Shown here: piece after piece, positions 40,718 to 49,083 of the stretch
Numbering within the stretch: the first letter of the stretch is position 1
Layout of the letters: every line of letters begins with the position of its first letter
DNA from: a bacterium
Lineage (GTDB): Bacteria; Zhuqueibacterota; Zhuqueibacteria; Residuimicrobiales; Krinioviventaceae
Length of the DNA: 64,000 nt
Direction of reading: 5' to 3'
NCBI GenBank assembly: GCA_963675755.2
Contig: CAXXMD010000003.1
Coordinates: forward strand, 1,760,001 to 1,824,000
Made by a program: the position numbers and the translations under genes
The notes under the pieces: model-generated
Databases searched by the model: none
Seen by the model: only the letters and a program-made list of their open reading frames with translations
What the model was told of the DNA's origin: nothing

Positions 40718-42190
40718 TTATTTAATATATAACAGTTTGATAGTCCGGTTAAATTCCGGTGTTTTCAGACGACAAAAATAAGTGCCAGAGCTGAGCCCGT
40801 CCGCATCCCAGACGGCATGGTACTCACCTGCGGATTGTTCATTATTAACCAAAGTCTGAACAAGCTTGCCGCGTACATCATAGATATTCAAAGTTACATG
40901 TGAACGTTCAGGAACTGTATAAGGAATAACTGTTCGGCTGTTAAAGGGATTGGGATAATTGGCCTTTAACGCATATGTTCCAGGCAATGTTGAGCCACCT
41001 GTTGCAGTAACGGATATGCCGGGATGTTTTTCCGTGTTGCCCGCAGCATCTATACTTTCAAGCAGATAGGTATAGGTTTGTCCGTTTATGAGCTGTGATG
41101 GATCAATGTACTCGTAATTGTGTTCAAATGCACTTGTACCATAGCCCGGTATAATAAAATTGTTGATTTTTTGCTGCGTGTTATCTGTATCAGCGCGATA
41201 AATGTTCCAGCCTACATTTAATTGCTCACTGGCGGTAGACCAGTATAATGTTACACCTTGAGCGCCCGTTTCAGCATAAAACGAAGACAATTCAACCGGT
41301 ACCGTGCTGTTGAACAGGTCCCAGGCAGTATCAATAAAATTGGTTTCATTGCTGGCAAACTGCATGGTACTGTATGCGTTTGCCGTGCTGTTGGGGTGAG
41401 AATCTCCGTCGTTGCCGCCATACTCTTCTCTCAACCTGTTGGGGTGATCGGCATGGTCTTCGGGATAGGCAAGAATGTTGAACCAGTCAAAAACCGCTAC
41501 ATTATTTAAACCGGGATTCGCAGTGTTGTAACTGTCCAGCCAATCTGTTTTGAGCCAGTTGTTAAAGTCTCTTGCCCGCTGTGCCTGAGCATCGTCAGTG
41601 GCATCTGTAGGTCCATAGTTTCGGGGAGGAGCTGTTACTGCTATGAACAATGTATTGGGATTGGCAGCAAAAATATCTTCGAGTGGGTAATATGTTTTTT
41701 CATTATGGGTATAGGTGTTGCCAGCCCCGTCAGGGTGACGGTAAACAGCCTTGTAATTGACCACGTTACGGATTGCGCTGAACGGATCACCGGGTTCTGT
41801 ACCATCCGAATAGATATTGCTTATGGGGTAACAGCTTTTAAACAGGATGATTTTGTTCTCTCCATCCGAGCAGTCCCAGGTTTTTACGCTTTCCAGATAG
41901 TCATTGAACCAGAGAATCCAGTGGTTCATGTCAGTTTTATCTCCCGGAGTTGGGGCCAGGGATGCCAAACGGTCTGTATCTGGACTCAAAACCGATCCGT
42001 AAGTAATGTCATTGCGTTCGTCAATGTAATCTTTGGCAAGTAGCGCGGTATTTAAACTGTTCGAGAGCCAGTTGGCCCCGCAAGAGTGATGGATAAAAAT
42101 CAGGTCGTCTGTGGTTTGTGCAAACAGATTGTTGCCAGTGCAGAGTAATAGTATGATTATCAGAAGGATTAATGCGTTTAAATGTTTCAT
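40718..42190 (-). CDS. Secreted protein with SGNH-like domain and T9SS-type-A-like tail
   Basis: Signal peptide, FIHHS, DSHPN (DxH), PVELSSF linker and NYPNPFN...SGTYFC tail. Confidence 0.7.
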   Translation of the reverse strand: MKHLNALILLIIILLLCTGNNLFAQTTDDLIFIHHSCGANWLSNSLNTALLAKDYIDERNDITYGSVLSPDTDRLASLAPTPGDKTDMNHWILWFNDYLESVKTWDCSDGENKIILFKSCYPISNIYSDGTEPGDPFSAIRNVVNYKAVYRHPDGAGNTYTHNEKTYYPLEDIFAANPNTLFIAVTAPPRNYGPTDATDDAQAQRARDFNNWLKTDWLDSYNTANPGLNNVAVFDWFNILAYPEDHADHPNRLREEYGGNDGDSHPNSTANAYSTMQFASNETNFIDTAWDLFNSTVPVELSSFYAETGAQGVTLYWSTASEQLNVGWNIYRADTDNTQQKINNFIIPGYGTSAFEHNYEYIDPSQLINGQTYTYLLESIDAAGNTEKHPGISVTATGGSTLPGTYALKANYPNPFNSRTVIPYTVPERSHVTLNIYDVRGKLVQTLVNNEQSAGEYHAVWDADGLSSGTYFCRLKTPEFNRTIKLLYIK

Positions 42191-42277
42191 AATTTTCCCC
42201 AGAGTTTGTTCTACATATGTTATACAACACTCAGTACTATTATATACACAATAGAACCCCCAAATGCAGAATGATAA

Positions 42278-42885
42278 TTAAATGTCGTGTTTTTCCAGAA
42301 TTTTTTGCAGATCTTCTGCAACCATTTTGCGTTTGCTTTTTTCTATTATAAAGTTTTTACCTGTCATCACATACGAGGGGAATACTTGAGCTTCTTTATA
42401 GTAAAAAGAATTATGGCGTATTTTGTATGTTGATCCGGGTTGAATAACCCGTTTTCCGGATTTACTTTTACATATCCGGTTAAACATTTTGATTGCAACA
42501 TCTCCGCCTAAAAAGTAATTTTGGGAAACAGGTCCATTTCCTGTTGCAAAAGTTCTGAACAGTTTTTAATTGTATCTGCGGATACACCATACCCGGTCTT
42601 GGCACATTTGATAGCCGTGGTGATATAAAAGCCTTTATCTGTTATCTCTTGCAAGCTTGTGGCTTTAAATCCGGCATCTGCAAAAGCCTGTAAAGTGGTT
42701 TGAAGGAAAAAAGGATTTCCGGAGGCATACAGATGCTCGTTCAAATTTTCCGGTGGCGCTTCGGTAATCATGAATGTGTGGATAGATTCCGGGTTTATGG
42801 GGGTGTTTGGGATTAAATGCGAGCTGGTTTGAACGTCTTGACAGGGGAAGCCGAAACAATGAATACATTTATCGATTTGTATCAT
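42278..42885 (-). pseudogene. Uracil-DNA glycosylase-like family protein, frameshifted
   Basis: ITEAPP and TTAIKC are in the first frame, which ends ...FPKITF*. An alternate frame continues YFLGGDVAIKMFN...VFPSY across 42508-42522. A net +1 nt would join the halves (~202 aa). Confidence 0.65.
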
Positions 42886-42940
42886 GCAAAACTCCTGTTC
42901 TAGTGTAAAAAACAGGAATGGGTTCCGTTACTGCAGGGAA

Positions 42941-44155
42941 TCAGTCCTGTTTACTGATAGTTAATACAGCAAGCTGGGTGATAATTCTGGGTAAAATAGG
43001 CACCATTTCTTTTTGTGCCAGAGTAATGATCTTTTCACCAGTTACTTTGGGTCCATCCATTTCCAGCAGTCGCAGATAGTGGTCCAGTTCGGCCAGGATA
43101 TAGTTGCGTTTTTGATGCGAGAGGATCTCATCTGGTTGTTTTTGCACAACATTCTGGATCTCGCGAATGGCATTGGTACAAATGCTGATATTGTGATTGT
43201 GAATGTCCCGCAGTTTTTCAATTTCACTTTCAAGTAGTTTTTCTTCTCCCGGTTCACGGGTTGCCTGCACAATAAACTGTAACATGTAATCCATACGGGA
43301 TTGAACCAGTTGGGCTTTGATATCGTACCGGTCCCGCAATATTGCCTGGGTTTCCTCTTCCATGGAAAGAGAGGGAATAGTAAGTATTGCACGTGACTGG
43401 CCGCCGCGGCTGTCATAGCTGATCAGCTTGATGCCTAACTCGGGTTTTTCGATTTCCAGTTCAGAGAGAATTACTTCCAGAATTAGTGAATCTACCCAGG
43501 TAATGGGGTGTTCAAACGTAAACTCGATGGTGGGTTTGGACTTGTAGATCTCTTCAAATTCACCGGGATTAAAATTTCCGTTTTTCGGGTAACGGCTCTT
43601 GCGGGCAACGTCTGTAAACATGTAATCACAATATATATTGCTTAGCTTCCAGCCGTAACTGGTACAGCGATAAAAGGTCATGCCGGTTAGATTGGTATTG
43701 TCGAGTATGGTATCATTTAGATTGGTTTCAATAAGAATCGTATTTTCAAGATTGGCGTCTGTAAGGTCAGATGCCATCAGGTTGGCTCTGCCCAGATTGG
43801 CATTTTTAAGGATACAGCCGATCAGGTTGGCATCGCCAATCTCGGCCATGCGCATATCGGCACCCTTTAAATTGGCGCCGCGCAGGTTGACGCCCCACAT
43901 TTCTGCAATCATCAGGCGGGTGTCTTCCATTATACTGTCCCGCAAGTCGGCTTCAATCAAATTGGATTTCAACAGAGCTGTGCTTTTGAGGTTGGCGCCG
44001 CGCAAATCCGCATGGTGCAGGTTAATGCCCCACAATTTGGCGCCTTTGAGTTTGGCTCCGCTCAGATCGGGTTTAACCAGGGGATTGGTTTTCCGCCACT
44101 CGTTCCACTCTTTAACACCTTGACGCAATATTTTAAGATGATCCGGGTTTGCCAT
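42941..44155 (-). CDS. Pentapeptide-repeat protein with uncharacterised C-terminal domain
   Basis: MANPDHLKILRQGVKEWNEWR leader followed by more than 20 A(D/N)Lxx repeats. Confidence 0.88.
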   Translation of the reverse strand: MANPDHLKILRQGVKEWNEWRKTNPLVKPDLSGAKLKGAKLWGINLHHADLRGANLKSTALLKSNLIEADLRDSIMEDTRLMIAEMWGVNLRGANLKGADMRMAEIGDANLIGCILKNANLGRANLMASDLTDANLENTILIETNLNDTILDNTNLTGMTFYRCTSYGWKLSNIYCDYMFTDVARKSRYPKNGNFNPGEFEEIYKSKPTIEFTFEHPITWVDSLILEVILSELEIEKPELGIKLISYDSRGGQSRAILTIPSLSMEEETQAILRDRYDIKAQLVQSRMDYMLQFIVQATREPGEEKLLESEIEKLRDIHNHNISICTNAIREIQNVVQKQPDEILSHQKRNYILAELDHYLRLLEMDGPKVTGEKIITLAQKEMVPILPRIITQLAVLTISKQD

Positions 44156-44286
44156 CCGTTCGCTCCGCCTGCCTGATTTCGGTTTTAATGAATTTACTAA
44201 AGATACAACGAAAAAACTTTCCGGTCAATGGATTTTGTTAGGAATTGGGAAAAGGTAGGATATAGCTCGATGGGATAAAAGTCTGC

Positions 44287-45012
44287 TTAATCTACCGGCG
44301 ATGGAATGTAAAATTGGGATTCCATTTGTGTTACAGATCCGAACAGGCCAAATGCATTACCAGTCAAACCGGATTTATAGATTGTTTCTTTGCTGTACAG
44401 ACTAGAATTCTTGTCATAGGCATATAAAATGACATTAAAATCACCCCATTTCAAGGTGGGTATTGTAGTGTCGATAGATATTTTGGTGTCAGAAGTTAAT
44501 TCCGTATCCCAATCAGTATATTCTTCATAGTTCCATTCATATCGGCATTGATAATATTCCGCATGATCCGGAGCGGACCAGTAAAACGTTTTGTTATCGT
44601 ATTGAATGGATGTAGTGTCTGGTGTAAATGTTTCACCCCTAATTGTATCCTTTTCTATGATAACCAAAAGTTCATAAAGTGTATTGGGAGTAACTGTCAA
44701 AGAATCGCTATAATAATTTGTATAGCTGCTTATAGCTGTATCTTTTGGGTTTCGCTCTTTAAAGCGAACATTGTTTACATAAACCTCTGCACCGGAAACA
44801 GCATTATGATAATTATAATCTATAGAATCCCCCTGGACCGGATGGGTTTTAACTATTTGAATTGTCTGACAGTCCGATGAGGTTTTGAAAATGGCTTGTA
44901 TTACGATTTCCTTTTTATTTGTTGTATTGGAGGAAATGCTAAAGTCATTACCGCATGAAAAGAAAGAAAGTAGTGTAATGATGAAAAGACACACGATATA
45001 TTTAAAATTCAT
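44287..45012 (-). CDS. Lipoprotein, DUF4249-like, partner of the TonB-dependent receptor
   Basis: Lipobox FFS-C after a hydrophobic stretch from ATG 45012; C-terminal GNAFGLFGS; overlaps the TBDR stop. Confidence 0.65.
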   Translation of the reverse strand: MNFKYIVCLFIITLLSFFSCGNDFSISSNTTNKKEIVIQAIFKTSSDCQTIQIVKTHPVQGDSIDYNYHNAVSGAEVYVNNVRFKERNPKDTAISSYTNYYSDSLTVTPNTLYELLVIIEKDTIRGETFTPDTTSIQYDNKTFYWSAPDHAEYYQCRYEWNYEEYTDWDTELTSDTKISIDTTIPTLKWGDFNVILYAYDKNSSLYSKETIYKSGLTGNAFGLFGSVTQMESQFYIPSPVD

Positions 45013-47179
45013 AATAGACTCCAATTGATGGAACAATGGGCAAAGAGTTTTCATTACCAACATGGATTTTGTTACCCTCATCATCGTAACCATAGCCGGA
45101 ATAATATTTGTCCCAATCATAATATAGATGATTTTGCCGGTTCAGCAGGTTTATGATCTGGAAATAGACAGTATAACTATATTTTGTACGCACCATTTTT
45201 TTACGAATGCTGACATCAAGGCGAGAATACGCCGGCAGGTGTTCGCTATTGGTCTTGCCTTCCAGATAAAACATTTCAGCGTTACGATATTGAATGTCGA
45301 TATTATTATCAAACGGATTTATTTTACCAAAAGCGCCTCTGATGGGTGTGAAAAGAACTCCCGAGCGATAGGTGAATAACAGGTTCAGAAACCAGCCTTT
45401 TTTGATCTGGAGGCCAGTAAAACCGTGAAAGGCATGTTTTGCCTCCCATTGCAGGGGAAAGGTTTCCTGACCAAACGCTGCTTTGGTATCGAGATAGTTA
45501 TAATCCAATTGATAGGTAAAAGCGCCTTCGGATTTGTTGAGAATAATATTGAATCCCGAAATGTTACCGTCACCGTATTCAAACTCGGGAAAGACGTCTG
45601 TGTATCTTGACAAGTTTTCTATTTTGCGTTTATATACTTCAAATTCAAAGGAAATGTTTTGTTTTAAATATCCTTTCAAGCCAATACTGTGATTGTCGCT
45701 TTTTACCGGGGAGTCAGTCAAAAACAAGAGATTGGATACACTTAGCTCTCTGGCTTCTTCTCCATAACCATAATATTGATAATAGCGTCCGGAATTGAGG
45801 GACAACCGCAGCCGCATTGGCAGGTTGAGCGTAATACCGCCTCTGGGCATTTGATAATAATTGTCCAGGTATTTTTCAGAACGTAAACCGGTTTCTATTT
45901 CAATATTGTGATAGAGCGTGAGGATGTGACTTGCGTAAAGCCCCTGTACTTTTAATTGAAAGGAAGCATTAAAACGGTTGGGAATAGACTCGGTTAAAAA
46001 ATCTTCCAGATCAGATGTTGTTGGTTCGTTCCAGAAATAATCAAAATCTACATCTTTTAATTTGTATCCCAATTGTAACCGATTGTGTTTGTAATGGCCA
46101 GAATAGTCGAGCTTGATACTATTTTCATTGCTCTTGTTGTCCAGCGAATTGAAACGGGTTGTGCTGCGGCTGTTTGCGAGTGAAAAATCGATCCGGTTGT
46201 TTGCTTGCTGCCATGTGGAGTTGATACCTGCTGCGGTATTGCCCCAAATCAGTTCTTCGCCTTTGTCACTATCTTCTGCAGCTTTATCGCGGTTCAGGAA
46301 CACAAACGGTGTGATTGTAAACGCGTTTTTTTGATAGCGGTATTTAGTGTTGATATCGTAAAAGGAATAATGTATTGGCGTAACAAGATCAAAATAGGTT
46401 TTTCTGGCGGCAAACAAAAGTGATGAAGATTTGAAAGGCTTGTTGTAAACAATGCTTGAAGAAAGCAGGCTGACATTTACGGTCAGTTTTTCTTTGGGTA
46501 GAGCGGTTTTGATATCAATCACACTGCTGACACGACCGCCATATTTTGCCGGATAATTTCCCAGAAACACCTCGGCACTTTCCAGCGCGTCGATATTGAA
46601 TATGCCGGCAAGACCATAGAGATGATAGGGATTGTAAATTTCCACACCGTCTAAAAGTATAGTGTTCTGGTCAGTACCTCCGCCTTTACTGTGGAACTCG
46701 CCGCGAAAGTCGTTGCTGTTGATTACACCCGGTAAAAAATTAACAGCGTGCAGGATGTCTGGTTCACCCAGGGCGGGGATGTTTTTACTCAGGCGTGGTT
46801 CTATGACAAAGGAGCGGCTTGTACCCATCGATTTATAACGGTCTGTTTCAATCATTACTCCTTTAAACATGATGGGATCAGGAAAAAGTTTGATGCTGCG
46901 ATCCGTATTGTGCTCTGGTTTGATTTGAACAGTTTTTTCTATTAATTTGTATCCCACATATGAATATTTGACCGTATATTGACCCGGCTGTAGTTTGATC
47001 TTGTATTCACCCCGCGCATTGGTACTGGTGCCCAATACGGTGCTCTCTATGATAACATGGGCACCTTCAAGCGGGCGGTCATTTTCATCTGTTAATGTGC
47101 CGTATAAATAGGTCTTGTCTGCTTGCGGAAAAAGAGTGGTAACCGCAAGCAAGAGAAAAAGCGTGATTGTATTTTTCAT
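45002..47179 (-). CDS. TonB-dependent receptor with N-terminal carboxypeptidase-regulatory-like domain
   Basis: GTSTNARGEY and YSYVGY; plug LPGV...GGGTDQNTILLDG...YGGRVSSVI; LPAYSRLD; C-terminal YYEF. Confidence 0.9.
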   Translation of the reverse strand: MKNTITLFLLLAVTTLFPQADKTYLYGTLTDENDRPLEGAHVIIESTVLGTSTNARGEYKIKLQPGQYTVKYSYVGYKLIEKTVQIKPEHNTDRSIKLFPDPIMFKGVMIETDRYKSMGTSRSFVIEPRLSKNIPALGEPDILHAVNFLPGVINSNDFRGEFHSKGGGTDQNTILLDGVEIYNPYHLYGLAGIFNIDALESAEVFLGNYPAKYGGRVSSVIDIKTALPKEKLTVNVSLLSSSIVYNKPFKSSSLLFAARKTYFDLVTPIHYSFYDINTKYRYQKNAFTITPFVFLNRDKAAEDSDKGEELIWGNTAAGINSTWQQANNRIDFSLANSRSTTRFNSLDNKSNENSIKLDYSGHYKHNRLQLGYKLKDVDFDYFWNEPTTSDLEDFLTESIPNRFNASFQLKVQGLYASHILTLYHNIEIETGLRSEKYLDNYYQMPRGGITLNLPMRLRLSLNSGRYYQYYGYGEEARELSVSNLLFLTDSPVKSDNHSIGLKGYLKQNISFEFEVYKRKIENLSRYTDVFPEFEYGDGNISGFNIILNKSEGAFTYQLDYNYLDTKAAFGQETFPLQWEAKHAFHGFTGLQIKKGWFLNLLFTYRSGVLFTPIRGAFGKINPFDNNIDIQYRNAEMFYLEGKTNSEHLPAYSRLDVSIRKKMVRTKYSYTVYFQIINLLNRQNHLYYDWDKYYSGYGYDDEGNKIHVGNENSLPIVPSIGVYYEF

Positions 47180-47180
47180 A

Positions 47181-47990
47181 TCAGAACTCGTAATAAATCC
47201 CCAATGTTATCATGGCACGTGTTGTTTTAATGTCATAATCTTTTGCGGAATGCGTGAACATCTCTGCACCCAGTGTGCCCCAAAGGTCACTGATCAAATG
47301 CCTGTTAAGGGCCAGGTTAGCTGTGATTGCAGAGGATTTGAATTTACGCATGTTTTCATATTCATATGCGGTTGTAAATTTGGTATCCAGTTCGGGGTAA
47401 TAATAAAATTGACCGGTAATCTTGTATTTGTTGTTTATTGGGTAATTGGCTTTGGCACCCAGGCCCAGTCCTTTGCTTTTCATTAAAAAATCGTTTTCCC
47501 GTCGTAGTGGATCGCTGATATATGAAATATTACCCGCTTTTTCTGATCGGTATTTTACATCCAAATGCGAGACAGAGAGAGCAAGTCGGTCAATAATATA
47601 CCAGTCTATTGATATGTGTCTGCAGCGAAATAAACCCTCAATTTTTGTAAAAGTGGTATTGTCATTATAGTACATTTCGGATTTAACAGCCGCACCCATC
47701 AAGTCAAATAATTCATTACCGGTTTCAGAAAAGTTAAATGCTATCTGATAAAGCCTGATTTGAACCCAGGGATTGGCCATATAGATAAACGAAAATTTCT
47801 GATTTGGGTTTACATTGCTTTGGTAAAAAGGATTTTCAGGCCATTGCAGAATGGATTGCTGATCATGTACAAGCTGCCCTTTTTGATTGTTGTACCCAAT
47901 GGTGATCTTGATGTCTTTGAGTATTGGCAGATCTTGTGCGAAGCCAAAAGAGTGAATCAATAGTAATATTAAAATAGATATATTTTTCAT
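47181..47990 (-). CDS. Putative outer-membrane beta-barrel protein (copy 2)
   Basis: Signal peptide, amphipathic beta strands, C-terminal GIYYEF; tandem duplicate of 47992-48801. Confidence 0.6.
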   Translation of the reverse strand: MKNISILILLLIHSFGFAQDLPILKDIKITIGYNNQKGQLVHDQQSILQWPENPFYQSNVNPNQKFSFIYMANPWVQIRLYQIAFNFSETGNELFDLMGAAVKSEMYYNDNTTFTKIEGLFRCRHISIDWYIIDRLALSVSHLDVKYRSEKAGNISYISDPLRRENDFLMKSKGLGLGAKANYPINNKYKITGQFYYYPELDTKFTTAYEYENMRKFKSSAITANLALNRHLISDLWGTLGAEMFTHSAKDYDIKTTRAMITLGIYYEF

Positions 47991-47991
47991 A

Positions 47992-48801
47992 TCAGAACTC
48001 GTAATAAATCCCCAATGTTATCATGGCACGGGTTGTTTTAATGTCATAGTCTTTTGCGGAATGCCTGAACATCTCTACACCAAGTGAGCCCCAAAGATCA
48101 CTGATCAACTGCCTGTTAAGGGCAAGGTTTGCTGAGACAGTCGTGGCCTTGAATTTGCGCATGTTTTCATATTCATATGCGGTTGTAAATTTGGTGTCCA
48201 GTTCGGGGTAGTAATAAAATTGACCGGTAATCTTGTATTTATCGTTTATGGGATAATTGGCTTTGGCACCCAGGCCCAAACCTTTGCTTTTCATTAAAAA
48301 ATCATTTTTATGGCGTAAAGGATCACTGTAATAGTAGATATTTCCCCAGTTAACTGATTGGTATCTCAAATCAAGATAAGAGGCTGATAGTGCCAGTTGA
48401 TTAATAACGTACCAGTCTGCAGATATTTGTCTGCAGCGGAAGGAGCCTTCTATTTTGCTAAAAGAAGAGTTGTCTGAATAATACATTTCAGATTTGGATG
48501 GAACGCCTATAACATCAAACAATTGATTACCGGTTTCTGAAAAGTACAAACCAAAATGGTAGAGCTTGATTTGCGCCCAGGGATTGGCCATATAGATAAA
48601 GGAGTATTCTTGCTCAGGATTTATATTGCTTTGGTAAAAAGGGTTTTCCGGCCACTGCAGAATAGATTGCTGATCATGAACAAGCTGTCCTTTTTGGTTG
48701 TTGTACCCAATGGTGATCTTGATGTCTTTGAGTATTGGCAGATCTTGTGCGAAGCCAAAGGAAGAGATAAACAGGATTATTATAATGAGTATATGTTTCA
48801 T
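47992..48801 (-). CDS. Putative outer-membrane beta-barrel protein (copy 1)
   Basis: ATG 48801 follows GAGGGG; 269 aa like copy 2; C-terminal GIYYEF. Confidence 0.6.
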   Translation of the reverse strand: MKHILIIIILFISSFGFAQDLPILKDIKITIGYNNQKGQLVHDQQSILQWPENPFYQSNINPEQEYSFIYMANPWAQIKLYHFGLYFSETGNQLFDVIGVPSKSEMYYSDNSSFSKIEGSFRCRQISADWYVINQLALSASYLDLRYQSVNWGNIYYYSDPLRHKNDFLMKSKGLGLGAKANYPINDKYKITGQFYYYPELDTKFTTAYEYENMRKFKATTVSANLALNRQLISDLWGSLGVEMFRHSAKDYDIKTTRAMITLGIYYEF

Positions 48802-49083
48802 TATGTCCCCCTCAAATATATTATTGTATTCGAACCCGTTCCCTGCAATGATTGAGAGAATAAAAAAAAGTGTAACCATTCAAATATATTTCGACGTGCC
48901 TCCCCCAAAGGGATATAATAAATTAGAAAAAATTTTTACTTTATCAAGAAAAATGTTTATTAAAGACCTTGAATACTATGAATAGAGGCTGAGTCACTAC
49001 AAAATTTTACCATTGCATCTGTTCCCGAAAATGGATATATAATAATTATACCTAAAAATTTATATCACATACAAGGATTCAAG

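Larger units (their letters stand above)
47180..48801. repeat. Tandem gene duplication, 811-bp period
   Basis: ATCAGAACTCGTAATAAATCCCCAATGTTATCATGGCACG recurs at 47180 and 47991; both ORFs are 810 nt. Confidence 0.9.

Noticed and set aside
47181-48801. Diversity-generating retroelement TR/VR pair
   Set aside because: Both copies are full ORFs, differences are not adenine-specific, and no reverse transcriptase is present in the window.
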